From an uncultured virus (IMG/VR IMGVR_UViG_3300045902_000304) (lineage: Duplodnaviria; Heunggongvirae; Uroviricota; Caudoviricetes), in IMG/VR virus record IMGVR_UViG_3300045902_000304: a stretch of 64,000 nucleotides of DNA; one strand, given 5' to 3'. A program made the position numbers and the translations under genes. The stretch's first letter is position 1. The number at the start of each line of letters is the position of its first letter. The notes under the pieces are model-generated. The model had not been told where the DNA came from, did no database searches, and worked only from the letters and a program-made list of their open reading frames with translations. This document shows positions 37,288 to 50,700 of this stretch, in pieces.

Positions 37288-37897
37288 TTACAAATTTGTC
37301 AAAACCGTAAAATATTTGCCTTTCAAAAAATACATCAAGCCCTATACGTATAGGTAGTATGTGTATAACTTGGTCTTTTTTGTATTTTTGCCCATCAATA
37401 AGCACCCTGTATTTTTCATAGTTATTGCCGTGAATGGATAATAACTTGCTTTCTAAGCTAACGGGTTGCAGAAATAAAAAGTTGTGGTGTGAAACCCATT
37501 TATCGCCATCACCATAGGCCATAATATTTTCAAAATCAACAGGGATATTAATGCCATTATTGCTCTTATTATGCCCGTAAAATATAAGGTTTGATATTGC
37601 GTTTTGATGTAAAAAAACATCGTACCCTATCTTAAGATTGCCTTTATATCCTTTGGGCAATGAATAAACAACCCCATACCTTTGTGCTGTGTTCTCCAAG
37701 TCGGCTAAAAATCTATCTTGAGCTTGCTGCTCATAATAATTTTTCTCTGCTTCTGCTGAAAGTCCTATTTGCTTAGGCTTTGTAGCCGTCTCTACATAGT
37801 CATTAAGCACAGACTTTTGAAGGGTCAAAGAGCCATACTTGTATTCTCTTTTATAGAAGTCAGGTATGGTTATTATTGCAAATGTAGGCGAATACAT
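37253..37897 (-). CDS. putative GroES-like co-chaperonin (divergent, tandem-domain size)
   Basis: YGVVYSLP...LKIGYDVFLHQN and FLFLQPV resemble the GroES GxVvavp...vkvGDxV pattern. Confidence 0.45.
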   Translation of the reverse strand: MYSPTFAIITIPDFYKREYKYGSLTLQKSVLNDYVETATKPKQIGLSAEAEKNYYEQQAQDRFLADLENTAQRYGVVYSLPKGYKGNLKIGYDVFLHQNAISNLIFYGHNKSNNGINIPVDFENIMAYGDGDKWVSHHNFLFLQPVSLESKLLSIHGNNYEKYRVLIDGQKYKKDQVIHILPIRIGLDVFFERQIFYGFDKFVIGIYDEGTETN

Positions 37898-37976
37898 AGT
37901 GTGATTAAAAACACTACAAAGGTAATGAAAATGTTACCGATAAAACAACATGTATTCAGTGTTGCCTAAAAATTTG

Positions 37977-37984
37977 TATATTTG
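37977..37984 (+). promoter_or_regulatory. Bacteroidota-type -7 promoter box for structural operon
   Basis: TATATTTG ~20 bp upstream of 38005; divergent TACCTTTG on minus strand near 37917-37924. Confidence 0.6.
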
Positions 37985-38004
37985 CGTAAAATATAGGTAT
38001 TCAA

Positions 38005-38706
38005 ATGATACAGGCACTTTGGCGCTCGATATATACTACTCTTAACCCCGGTAAGCATTACAGAAGCCCAAAGGAGATTGAGGATGCAATAAATTATGGG
38101 GCTATTCTTCCATATTTTTTTGAGCTAAAAGGCAACCTTATTCAGTATAGGCAAAACAATCCAAAGGCAATGATAAACTTTCAGGAGACCGATGCTGCCT
38201 ATTACGCATTGAAAGATTTTTATGTGCGCAAGTCAGGGGATTTGCCAGCGCCTTCTAATACGTTGGATATAACCAATCAATTGGATGGCAAGAACGTGGA
38301 AGATTTAACCTATATGTTGGTTAAAGATGCTGAAAGCGGTAGGCTATCACAGGTTACAATCCTTCCCGACAATCAGTACCAGACCATTATTGAAAACAGA
38401 GTTATAGGGAAGAATAGTATCTATGCCAGATACCCGGTAGGCAACGTATATACTTTTAACAAAAATATATCATATTTTGAGATAGGATATTTGTTTACGC
38501 CAACCCTTGTAAAAATTGTGACAGATGAAAACCAAACAGATGAACTTGGTATCCCCGAACTATTGGACGGGACTGTGGATAGCGAGTGGTCAGATTCACA
38601 AGTACCATTTTTGTTACTCAGGACACTCATGCACTTGGGTATCAACATTAACAATCCGCAGCTAATGCAGATGGCTGCACCATTAATAAATAAAGTTGAA
38701 GGCTAA
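38005..38706 (+). CDS. putative tail ring/adaptor protein
   Basis: Size and position at head of virion operon; one of three consecutive ~200-230 aa genes as in crAss-like phages. Confidence 0.5.
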   Translation: MIQALWRSIYTTLNPGKHYRSPKEIEDAINYGAILPYFFELKGNLIQYRQNNPKAMINFQETDAAYYALKDFYVRKSGDLPAPSNTLDITNQLDGKNVEDLTYMLVKDAESGRLSQVTILPDNQYQTIIENRVIGKNSIYARYPVGNVYTFNKNISYFEIGYLFTPTLVKIVTDENQTDELGIPELLDGTVDSEWSDSQVPFLLLRTLMHLGININNPQLMQMAAPLINKVEG

Positions 38707-38711
38707 CATAC

Positions 38712-39323
38712 ATGGAGTACAGCATTGATTATATTGTTGACCAAATACATTTAATGGTATCTGGTGGTCGCCCGGACAAGTCTAATATTAACAGGGATGA
38801 GATTGTTCCTTTGGTAGAGCAAGCACTTGGCAGAAAAGCGCTTGAAGATTTCTATACCAACTACAAACTTGAAAACCAAAGCTATATTAACGGTGAGTGG
38901 GTTATACCGGTGTCTATACCATTGACAAAAACAGATATACAAAACAGGTATGAAGGGATTATTCCCAGACCCGCATTATCATTCCCGAAGGACAAGGGCT
39001 ATACCCATTGTGAGACAAACAAAGGCAGACCAATTGACTATATGCCTATTGGCAATGCAAACAGGTTCAGGGGCAGCAGTTTTAGCTCGTTCAACAATAA
39101 TTACACTTACTCTATACAAAGCAATAAATTGATTGTAGATGGGGATTGCGACCTTGATGATGTAAACCTAAATACTGTGACTTTATACATTGCAGCTCCT
39201 AACAATTTTAATACTAACGAGGCGGCGGCATTATCTGTTATTGCCTCGGTAATTGAGATATTAAAGCCGAGGATTTCTATACCTGCCGACATGACAAATG
39301 ACAACAATCCAAACACTAAGTAA
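38712..39323 (+). CDS. putative tail ring/adaptor protein
   Basis: Context as above. Confidence 0.5.
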   Translation: MEYSIDYIVDQIHLMVSGGRPDKSNINRDEIVPLVEQALGRKALEDFYTNYKLENQSYINGEWVIPVSIPLTKTDIQNRYEGIIPRPALSFPKDKGYTHCETNKGRPIDYMPIGNANRFRGSSFSSFNNNYTYSIQSNKLIVDGDCDLDDVNLNTVTLYIAAPNNFNTNEAAALSVIASVIEILKPRISIPADMTNDNNPNTK

Positions 39324-40027
39324 TGGCAACAATAAGCGCAACAGTAGAGGACTTGATTGCCGAAGTAATGGCAGAGGCTCAAATGCACGACAACGAAAAA
39401 ACACGTGTAACGGTATTTGCATTTGATGCAGTAAGGTGGCTATACAGAGATTCAGACATATTGCCATATACAAATAAGACCAAGATATACGACAACGTAA
39501 TAGACAACAGAGAGATAGGATTCCCTACCGATGCGGCATCTATTTATTATGTAGGCACACAAATAGGTGGGTATGTACGTGCGCTTGCGTGCAATTCAAG
39601 CATAATGTCTGTGCCGGAGAAAAGAGGCAGCCTTGTGGAAAATATTGACGGTTACAATTGGTACATAAGGCCAAATAGATTTATTGGTATGGGCGGCGAC
39701 AATAGGGGAGACGTAAATGTGGATATGGCAAATAGAAAGATATACCTAAGCCCACATAGCAGGTACTCTAATTATGTAGTGTACTACAAAAGTAACTGCA
39801 TTAAAACAAGCAGAGACACGTGTATACACCCTTATTACATAATGGCTTTTAAGTCTTATGTATTGGCCAGATGGTATCAGAGCAGGAAAGAGATAAACAT
39901 GTATCAAACCTATCAACAAAGAGCCGATGTAGAGTGGCGCAATGGCAATTTGCAAAAAGCGAAAGAAGCCATAAGTTTGCCTACTATTATAAACATTATA
40001 GAAAATAACCGACGAAGAATATGGTAA
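39323..40027 (+). CDS. putative tail ring/adaptor protein
   Basis: Context as above. Confidence 0.5.
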   Translation: MATISATVEDLIAEVMAEAQMHDNEKTRVTVFAFDAVRWLYRDSDILPYTNKTKIYDNVIDNREIGFPTDAASIYYVGTQIGGYVRALACNSSIMSVPEKRGSLVENIDGYNWYIRPNRFIGMGGDNRGDVNVDMANRKIYLSPHSRYSNYVVYYKSNCIKTSRDTCIHPYYIMAFKSYVLARWYQSRKEINMYQTYQQRADVEWRNGNLQKAKEAISLPTIINIIENNRRRIW

Positions 40028-41727
40028 TAAATCCAGTAGCAAGAGGCGTAGAAGGCACGGGAGCAGCCTATGTTCACGATAGACCCAAGTATTTTGATAG
40101 GGCATGGGCGCTATTGGCTGCAAACGCATTAAAGGCTAATAGGGAGGCTGCATTGGCTGCAAAGCAGAAGATGGCCGAAGACAAGCAGAAGATGGAGGAG
40201 ATGAAGTATTTTATGGATAATAGCAAGCTTACTCCAGAAGATGCAGGTTTATTTCAGCCAACAGCAAACGACATGGCTAAAGAAACTATTAATGCCTTAA
40301 AAGAAATATACATGACGGAAGGCGATTTATATAAAAAAGTTACTGATGCCAGGCGTTTGACCACTGAAGCTATTGAAGCCGCAAAATATTTAAAAAATCA
40401 ATCAGAACAAGTAGAAAAAACCATTAAATCACTTCAAGAGAGCGGATTTGAATTTTCGCAGGAGGATGCTCAATCGGCAATAGCCCAAGAAGGTATTAGA
40501 TATAAAAATATGTTTAAAACGGGGGGATATGCAGCAATATTTGGAAACCCTCAACAAGCAAGCCAAAACATAGCTAAAACTCTTGGCAGTTTGGATAGAT
40601 ACAATATATCTAAAGGTGCAGATAAAATTGTGAAAAATATGGGCGGCTCGCAAGTTTCATATACAGCACCAAGTGGCATGAAATACACAGCCGACATGAC
40701 AACTTTTTTTAATTTAGAGAAAGACAAAAAAAACAATTCAGTAGTAGTAAAGCCAGACTATAATGCAATAGACAATTTTTTAAGCTATGGGGCAGGAGTG
40801 CACAGCGAAATGTATAATGAGTACAAAGAAAGGTTGTTTAAATCTGGTCTTTCAAGGGATGCAGCCAAGGTTCAAGCAGCCAATGCTTTTTATGTGAATG
40901 CGGCTAAAAATAAGTATGAAACAGATTTGTCTGCAAAAGGGCAAAAAGTGGCTAAGAAGGAAGACACAACAGAGACTGCATCATATTATGACGATAATAG
41001 AACAAAAATAACTGTAAACGTTGGGATAGCCGAACCTGACAAACCTATTCCAGACATACCTCAAAATCCATTTTTACCAAAGAACCTTTATAGCGAGCCC
41101 AAAAAGGAGCCTACAAGGTACATTGAGCAACAAATGGATTTAGAAGTTAAGGGGTTAAAATCATACTTAATGACAAATAAAGAGCCAATAAAGCTGCCTG
41201 CCGGCATTAGCTTTTTTGTGCTTAATTCAGACGGGCTTAATGGAATAATATATAAAAACTATGACAACACCTATTCGTCTAAGCGTACATTTAACTTGCC
41301 CAAAGGTGCAGTATTAGAATACATTGAAAATATGCCTTTTGCAATTAAGGATGTTGAATTTACATTCAATGGGCAAAACTTGCGGATAAAAGCTAACACC
41401 CCAATAAGTGATGAGATGATGGATGCGATTATATATAGTGGTCATGGGGATAAAGTTACAAGGGTTTCAGGCACAAAAATAACTCCGTCATTTATGCAAG
41501 AGAAACCTGACACGCAAACAAGGGTATCATTTTTACAGACTAATGATGGGGCCAATATAAATTTTATTAACCCAGAAACCAGCGCTGGTAGCATATTTAT
41601 ACCATACGAAAGTGTTAAGTGGTTAAAAGAATATGTGGTAGAAGGTAAACTCAGCGATAAAGTAAAACAGCAACTTGAAAAAGGGCAGCAGTCAACATCA
41701 GCATTTCAAAATAAAATAGTCAAATGA
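40021..41727 (+). CDS. putative internal virion/ejection protein
   Basis: 568 aa, Ala-rich helical N-terminus, precedes giant protein. Confidence 0.5.
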   Translation: MVINPVARGVEGTGAAYVHDRPKYFDRAWALLAANALKANREAALAAKQKMAEDKQKMEEMKYFMDNSKLTPEDAGLFQPTANDMAKETINALKEIYMTEGDLYKKVTDARRLTTEAIEAAKYLKNQSEQVEKTIKSLQESGFEFSQEDAQSAIAQEGIRYKNMFKTGGYAAIFGNPQQASQNIAKTLGSLDRYNISKGADKIVKNMGGSQVSYTAPSGMKYTADMTTFFNLEKDKKNNSVVVKPDYNAIDNFLSYGAGVHSEMYNEYKERLFKSGLSRDAAKVQAANAFYVNAAKNKYETDLSAKGQKVAKKEDTTETASYYDDNRTKITVNVGIAEPDKPIPDIPQNPFLPKNLYSEPKKEPTRYIEQQMDLEVKGLKSYLMTNKEPIKLPAGISFFVLNSDGLNGIIYKNYDNTYSSKRTFNLPKGAVLEYIENMPFAIKDVEFTFNGQNLRIKANTPISDEMMDAIIYSGHGDKVTRVSGTKITPSFMQEKPDTQTRVSFLQTNDGANINFINPETSAGSIFIPYESVKWLKEYVVEGKLSDKVKQQLEKGQQSTSAFQNKIVK

Positions 41728-44700
41728 TAGAGAACGAAGAAATAATAGAAGAAGATGTTGCGCAAGTAGGGGAGGGGAAAGCTCCTACAAGCGGCGAGGA
41801 TGAAGTATTAAAAGCTAAAAAAGATTTATACAGAGCTTTAATCTCAAGCCCTGACTATGGTCATGTGTTTAAGAAGCACAGCTTTGAATCGTTTAATAAT
41901 ATAATAACTAACGACAAAGAGGGGCTTAAGCAAGCTATAAACATAGGAGTTGAGATAGGTGCAATATCAGACCCTGCCAAGTTTTCTACATTCATATCAG
42001 GGCAAAAGGTAACAGACATAGCTCGTTACAGCATGATGCCTACGGCAGAAAAAGCAAAGCCAAAAGCCCCTGTTCAAGAGCCCGCAAAAGCCCCTGAAAA
42101 GAAAGATGAAAGTTCTTTTTTGGAGGATATTTGGAAGTCAATAGAAAGAGGATGGACAAGAGGCGAGGCAATTCAGGTTGCTAAGCCTTCTGACATTTTT
42201 CAGGGCAAGGTGTCTGATGAAGATTTGAAAAAAATTGCAGCATTAAATGCTAAGATAAAGCTATATGGGCAGACGGGTATTGAGAAAGACTTTCAAAAGC
42301 AAGAAGGTCTTTTAGATACAGTTACTGATTGGTTAAAGATGCTGCCTGCTGCCGGATTGGAAAGCTATGCTGCTTTAATTAGAAGTGGTTATAATGAAGC
42401 ATTGGCAGGGATGGGAATAGGTGCAGGGGCAGGGGCTCTTGGAATGGGGATTGGTGCTATCCCTATGGCAGCAATGGGCTTTGGTGCAGGGCTAACTACT
42501 GCTGGTAGTTTTTTAGAGTTTTATAGCTCTATAATGGAAAGCTTTGAGGATGCCGGTTACGACACATCTGATTGGAAACAATTAAAAGCAGCACAAAATA
42601 ACCCTGATGTATTGGAAAAAGCACGCAAGCGAGCGGGGACAAGAGCCGCCGTAATAGGTATTGGGTCTGCCGTTGGTGCAGGAGCTTTATCAAATGCAAA
42701 ATTGGGCAAATTAGCTATACCTGTTGATATGGCTACTGAGGTTGGGATAGAATTGGGAGCGCAAGCAGCCGCAGGAGATAAACTTAATTTAGAAGATGCC
42801 TTATTAGAGACAAGTGGGCAAATACTTACACCAGTAAGGTATCTTTTGAGCAAAGTGCCCAAGCCTCAATATAGTGTACCTAAGAATAAAGTTGAAACAC
42901 CTCCTTCAACTCTTGGTGGGGTAGCTATGGAAGATGGGGAAAGAGTTGCAATAAGCCCAGATGAGGCGGAAGAATTTAAGAATACAGGGGTAGTGCCGGA
43001 AGAGATAAAAATAAGCATAATAGCCGACGTTAAAGATGGTATAGATATATTGGCTGACCCTGACATAGACCCATTATACAAGCAGATGTATCAGGCTATG
43101 AGAGATAGCGGGGAGTTGGAGGCTGAGTTAGAGAGTGAGGTAGTTGCGGGGGATGCTTTGGAAGCAACTGTAAATAATGTGATAAATGAGGCAGCCAAGA
43201 TGGGGATAGAGATGGATGAGGGCGATGGGTTGAGTGTGGTGGAGTATATGAATGACAAAGGGGTTAGTATAGTTGAGGCTATTGAGGCGGTGGCACAGGC
43301 GAAGGCAGAAGAGGGAGACACCGAATCTAAAACGCAGACTGAACCCGCAGCTTCCACAACATCTACTACTGAATCTCAAATAGAAGCTAAAAAAGCTGAA
43401 ATAGAAAGAAGGCGGAAAAAAGACCCAAGCTTAGAAAGAGGTGTCTTAATTAATTTTGAAAGTGAAAAAACAAAAGAACAGTTAGCTAATATCGTAAATA
43501 GATTAAATAATGGTACTATAACATTGGCTGAAATACTTGATGAATTTTCTAAATTGCCATTAAATACACTTAATGAAGTAAAAGAAGCATTTCGCAATGG
43601 AACTCTTGCTGATAAAATACAATTTGGGTTAGACGTAAGTGAGATTAATGATTTGAAACCTAAAACAAGAAGCAAGGAGAGTATAATAAAAGCAAAACAA
43701 AAAGCAGAATTAGATAAACAAAAAGCGGAAGAGGCATTAAAAAATTCAGAGTATAGAATAGTCAAAAAAAGAAACTCTATTACAGGTCAAGTAACAGAAA
43801 CAAAGGTAAAAAGGACTGATGAAGAAAAAGCCAAATATGAAGACTTTCATAAGAAAGCATTAGAAGAAGCAAATAAAAATATTGAAGAATACGATGCAGA
43901 ACTAAAAGCATTGGAAGAACAACAATCAAAACTATCCACAGAGAGTAAAACGACTGAAAAAGCACCCAGCTCTCAATCCGAAACCAAAGGCACAAAAAAA
44001 GCTATTGAGGCGGGGGCAAAGCCAAAAGCAGAAGCGAATGATACGGGCGTTACTAACGTAATAAGCGAACCAACAGTACAGGGAAAAACAATTGCAGAAG
44101 AAGCTGTTGAGGAGGTAGGGATTCAAGCCACTAAGGAACAACCTAAACCTGTCAAGACACCAGCACAAAAACCCGCAGCTAAGGGAAACGAGAAAGTTTT
44201 GACTAAGGAGGAGGCCGAACCTACAAAAAAAGAAAATGAAGCATGGGATAAAGATGTAGAGAGTACGGCTAAGGCGTTGGAAAATTCGGATAGTGAAAAT
44301 ATCGCAATCCCATTTAAAGGCAAGTTTTCAGATGGGAAAGAGTATGATGTTACATTAAGTAAAAAGCAATCATACAAAGATTTTAGCGGAAATGAAATAA
44401 AGGGATTTAAAGGGTTGGCTAACTCTACAATACCTTACAAATTGGTCGCCGAAGCCTACCATGCCGACAAGAAAGCAGGTAAAGAAACCGAACTAACAAA
44501 GGCAGTAGAAAAGCTATTAGGTAAACCTACCGAAACTAAACCTCAATCTGCGCCTGTTAGTGAAGCTAAAACAGATGGTGGTAAGAAACCTGTTACAAAG
44601 CCGAAAGCAGAAGCCAAGCCCGAAGGCACACAAGAAACCTTTGAAAAGAGTGTAGATGAAGCTATTAAAGGCACAGAGATAACACAAGAACAAGGAGATG

Positions 44701-47700
44701 CTTTAAAGAAAACCAAACTTGAACAAGCGAAGGCATGGGCAAAGCGAACAGGTAAAACAGTTGCTGACTTCTTTGCTAAGTTTAAGCCTACATTTAGAAA
44801 GGCTAAAAGTGTTAAAGGGTTGCCTCAAGGGGCGCTGTTTCAGAATGAAGGATATTTGAGTAAATCCGACTTCAACCCTGATGGCACAGTAAAAGAAAGT
44901 GTGCTGCAAGAAATAAAAGAAGAAAGAGATATTATAGAGAAAATTGGGAAGGCGAAAACATTTGAGGAATTTAAGGAGATGATGGCCGATTTTAGGGATG
45001 GCCATTCTGCGCCTTCAAAAGATACAAGACCAGCGGAAGAAAAGTTGGAAGAAGGTGGCGACTTCTCATTAAGAGAAGTGGCACAAGGGGTACACAGTCA
45101 GCCTGATGATTACTTTGACCCAAAAGTAGGTGCGATATACTATGGATATGACAATAAAGAAGGGATGCAGTCGTATGTCGCAATCAATAATGTTGTTCGA
45201 GCTTTGAAAGCTGGGAAGAAAGATGTTAAGGTAAAAGTATATCGAGCAGTTCCTCAAGACATCCCAATAGATAGGCTAATAGACTATGATTGGGTTTCTT
45301 TTTCAAAAGAGTATGCTATCAATCATGGTGAAAGAAGGTTTGGCGAAGGAGAATACAAAATAATAGAACAAGAAGTTGGTATAGATGATTTATGGTGGGA
45401 TGGCAACGATATAAATGAGTGGGGTTATGATACTGGTGGCACAAAATGGTATTCTAATGCCGAATTAAAAGAAATGTATGAAAATTCGCCATATAAAGGG
45501 AAGTTCGGCAAAGCCCCCAACGGTAAAAAATCTAATCTAACTGATGAGCAGTGGATTACCGTGAGAACCAGACGGTTTAAGCAATGGTTTGGGGATTGGG
45601 AGAATGACCCCCAAAACGCTTCAAAAGTAGTTGATGAGAATGGCGAACCGTTGGTGGTGTATCATGGGACTAAGGCAGATTTTGATGTGTTTAAAAGTGG
45701 GGAAACAAAAGGCTCTCCTTATTCTGATTATTTTGACGATGAGTTCTTTTTTACAGACAACTACGAAGTTGCAAAAGCATATGGCACAGAAACAGAATAT
45801 GACAAGGAGAAAAAACAAAAAATTAAAAAGGGAGCAGAAATATTTAAAAACACATCATACTACAAAGAAAATCAAAAAGAGATATATGGACAATCGGACG
45901 AGTATTACTATAAAAAATTGATTACACGATATGACAACAAATTGTTTAAGAAAGATGATTTGGAATATATTTCAAAATATATTGACAGTATAAGACTAAA
46001 AAACAAAGAAACCGTAAGAGTTATTGAGGCGTTCTTAAATATTAGGCATCCTTACAATCAAAAAGGAGAGAATGTTGGAATAACAAATAAAGTTGTGTAT
46101 GAAGAAGATTACACAGATGGAAACATAATAACAAATGCTGACACAGGTGCTGGGGTTGCAAATGAATACATAGTGTTCTCCCCCAACCAAATCAAATCAG
46201 CTACCTCAAACATCGGCACATTCAGCGAGGGTAATCCGAGTATATTGTTTCAGCAACAACAACAAACTCCATTAGGCGCATTTACCACCATAGACGGAGC
46301 GCAAAGCGCATGGTTATTTGATGGGGCTAAACCCGAAACTTTATTCCACGAAGACGCTCATGGTATAAAAGGCATTATTGAAGACATTGCAGACAATGCC
46401 TTACCTGAATACAAAGAACAAGCGGTAGCAGACGAAAAAACCATACAAGAATTTGTGGGGGCTAAAGACCGTAATTGGACAAGAGAGCAACACGAAAAGT
46501 TAGCCAATGCTTTTGTTAAATACTTAAACGAGGGTAAAGCTCCTACTAACGCACTTGCAGAAGTTTTTGAGCGTATTAAGCAATGGTTGGCAGGGGTTTG
46601 GGTGAACGCCAGAGAAATGGATGAAATACAGCTAACGCCAGAAGTTAGAGCCGTATTTGATAGACTTTTGGGAGGGAATATAAAGCCGCAAGCCAAAGCA
46701 CAGTCTAAGGCCACAGCCTTAGAATCAGGAACAGAAATAGAAACACTTGCGAAAGGCGCTGACATAACTCAAGATGAAGCACGAGCCGTGCTAATGATGT
46801 TTGGGGGTAGTGAAAATAAGGGCTTTAAAAAGGCTTTCAAAGCCTTTATGAAAGTCCCTATAAGCGAGATAGAAGATTACCTATCAGAAGCAGAAGCCAA
46901 GTTAGCGCCAAAACTAATTGCATACAGGAAACAGGCAGCCAATAAGCCAAAGTCTATAAGTAAGAAAGTAGCCGAAACAATAGAAAAAGCCGTAAGCGAG
47001 CAGCCGGAAGAAAACAGACAGGCCTACGAAAGCGAAAGAGATAAAAGTAAGACGTTTGAGCAAGCGCTAAAAGACGATGTAACCGCTTTTATTGAGAATG
47101 GTGTTGATGCCATCAAGAACTACTCAAAGAAGGCTATTGAGTTTATTACCAATGTAGCTGCACAGGTAAAAACGTTGCTCTTGGCGGCAGGCGTAGGATT
47201 AACACTTGTAGCTTTAGGCATTAATGGAACAATAGATGCCGATGTTATACAGGGCATAATGTTTATTCCTGCTTTTAAGGTACTTAAAGCTCCAATAAGA
47301 AGAAAAATTCAAACAGTAGTTGACCAATCAATAAATGCAGGCGACAGTTCAATCCAAACAGTAAATAAAGCCGAAAGAGAGTTGGGAAGCCCGCTAAATG
47401 CGGAGCAAGTGGCGGCTATTAAATTGTATTACGACAAGGCTAAAAGAGCCGTGCCAATAAGCACTCAGGACATAGCCAACCTAATAGGGGTATCCAACTA
47501 CAACAAGCTCTCTAATATGGCGGCTAAGGCTGCGGCAGCTGGTAAAAGCGCAAAAGAGATATATACAGAGGCGCTCGTTAAGCTAAACAATCTTAAGGTA
47601 TATCCGAGCATTGCCAAGCAAATGGCATTGAAAGTAGCAGCAATGGCTACAAGCAACCGTAATCCCAACGCTAAAAATATAGCTCAAAATCTAAAGACTA

Positions 47701-50700
47701 ATCAATTGCCCGCTAAATCAAGAGCTATGTATTTTACCGACCAAGTAAAAGCTGCATTGAAGGGCAACAAGATAAGCAAGGCGAATGCGGTAAAAATAAT
47801 GACAATGTATAAAGGGCTTGTAGGCTCTACAAGAGGGCTTGTCAATGCGCTTGATGCACTGCAAAGGATAATGATTGATAGTGATTACTTGAATAAATTG
47901 GCGGACGCTAAAAGGGCATACAATGCACTAAAATCATTTAACAGTAGCAAACTGACATACGCAGACAAGCAGCTTATACAGCATATGCCAGATATATACG
48001 TATCTGCCGTATCTGATTTGGCTAAGTTTTCAAATACCTTAACCGATTGGATGTTAGGCAAACAAACGGGCAAAGAGACCGTAAGCAATGCGCAGTTGGA
48101 GGCATATATGCAGCAAATGGCAATAGAAACGCAAGCGGTAAAAGCCGCCAAAGAGCTAAGGGTATTGGAAATGAGGGAGGAAGAGTTCCAAAAAAACTTA
48201 GCTAATGGCAATGTACCTCCGGGCATAACCACATTAGACCAATACAAGAACTACCTGCAAGGCAACCCGCAATATCTGACGTATCAAAAACTAAATGCAG
48301 CCAACAAGCTACCTGCCGGAGTAACGGACTTTGATAGCTATGTGGAGTATAAGCGGCAAGAGCAGTATGATTCGTTGAAGCAAAAAGGGCAGTTGCCTTT
48401 AGGTGTAGATACTTATGCTGAATATGTGGCATATATAGAAGGGGATAGTGACGTAAAGCACGATGCGCAGGTTAAAGGTTTGAAAGAGGCAATAGACAAC
48501 AACGCCCATCTAAGCAAAAGCATAGCCAACTTAAAGAACATTGACTTAAAATACTTGATGCCTGACGAAGTGTATAGAGTTATCAATGCCATTAACAACT
48601 TTTTAAGCACGGGGCAGATAACCGACATAGACGGCATCTATGCTAAGGCATTGGCGAGGCAGAACATGGCAAAGCTGCCAAAGGTAACTGAGCGCATACC
48701 TTTTATAAAGAAGATGACAGTAAATGCTTTGTCGAGGCTATTGGGGTATAAAAGCGACCCCGCCAACATCAAGCGTATTTTGACAGGGGGTATTGACACC
48801 AAGATAGACAACAACACCAATCAGATGTTGCGGGCAGCCAATGCCATTAGGGATTATCTTAACAAAAACAAAATAAAGGATGCAGATATTGTGGTAGGCA
48901 ATATCTATGGTTTTTTTGCGGAGGTATCAGAGCCTTTTGTAGAGAAGCAAAAATCACTCGTGGACACAATAAACTATGTGCGAAGAAGGTATGAGGCTGC
49001 AATAAATAAGGACAGTCACGACAGCGTTACTTGGTTTAATCATGTATTCCAGCACGGGGTGATAATCAATGCAATAATAGATGTAACCGAATCGGCTAAG
49101 GCCGCAGAAAAACTTGGGTTAGTTACTGCCACATACGACAGCAGAGGCTATGTAAAAAGTGTTGCTGCCGTTGATGGGGTTGACATGAGTACATTGGATA
49201 GCAAAATTGATGCGAAGGCAAAGCTGTATTATGACTATACCCAAGACATATTGGACATATACAATGCAGACTTTTTCAATGAGGTTAAGAAATTCACCAA
49301 CGAGCCGTTGTCTCCTATACAAAAGTATTTTGGGCGCTCATGGATACGCATGGATACCAAAGTGGAGAGCGAGAACTTTTTAGGCTCAATGGACAATATG
49401 TTTAGCAGTAGCGACCCGACAAAAGGCAAACTAAGCAGGAGTTTGGTAGATAGAATGCGAGGCAGGGTTGGGCTTGGTAAAGACGGTGGCTATTATCAGT
49501 TTAACGGCATAAATACATTTTTGGACAGTGTATTTATGATGCAGTCATACATAAACCTATTACCTGAATACACCTATTTGCAGGAGGTAGTAAATTCAAA
49601 GCATGGGATAGCGAGTGTTTTTCAAGATGCACGGACAGCGAGCGCTATAAAAGAAATGCTTGCATCGAGAGTAGGTGCGAGGCTTGATATGTATAACACA
49701 GGAGTTACAAACAGGAGCAAGTCAAACGCTGTGTTAAATTTTTTAAGTACAAACCTTGTAAAGTCTGTGCTTAATAGGCCTGCACAGATTGGCAAGCAGG
49801 TGACTTCGGTAATGTTTGTGGCATTTACTGCAAGCCCAAAAGTAACGGCTAAGGCTTTATATATAATCAGACAAGTGGCATTGGCAAAGATGCTTCCTAT
49901 GGTGGGGTTGCCAGTCCCTAAAAGAACAAAAGAGATTATGGGGTGGTTCAAAGAGTTGCGCATGGAGAGCACCCTTATTAACAGGCTAAAGCCAGACGAG
50001 CTCGAAGCGGCTGCACAGTACAAAAGGATTAAAGACTTAGCTTCTGGAAGCACCTTCAATACTGTAATGGACTTTTTGGAAGTAGGACGGGAGACGTTCA
50101 ACAAATACACGCTTGCAAACGTGATGTACCCGACAGACAACTTTATATCATCATACGCCAAATTAGTTGGCTATATTGATTATATAGAAAAGCAGACGGG
50201 CATGCCATTCAATTTTAAAACCAAATACGACAGTGAGCTGCATCAGAATGCCTTGCAAAATGCAGAGATATACATGGAGACGGCAAACTCTGTAAATACC
50301 CCACAAGATTTGCCGATAGAAATTAAAGATGCAAAGAAAACAGCCGTAGGTAGGATGCAATACTTCCTATCCACAATGACCTTTGTTACTACCATGCAAT
50401 CTTTTGTGTCCGTGAAAGTGTTGTTTAAGCCTGGTTCTTCTCCCGCCATGAAGTCTTGGGCTATTCGGAATATATTGGGAACGATAGCAGGGAACATGGC
50501 TTTTGAGATGGTTGCGAGAGCAGCATGGCCGATGCTTAAAGAGTTGATGTGGAAAGACGACCCAGAGGACGATGAAACTAAAGAGCAAAACCTATACGAC
50601 AATATGTATAGAGGTGTAGCCAACAGCACAGTAAACTTAGCCACTGCAATATTCCCTATATATGTAAACATGATAACTAAGACTGCATTAGGCATTGTGG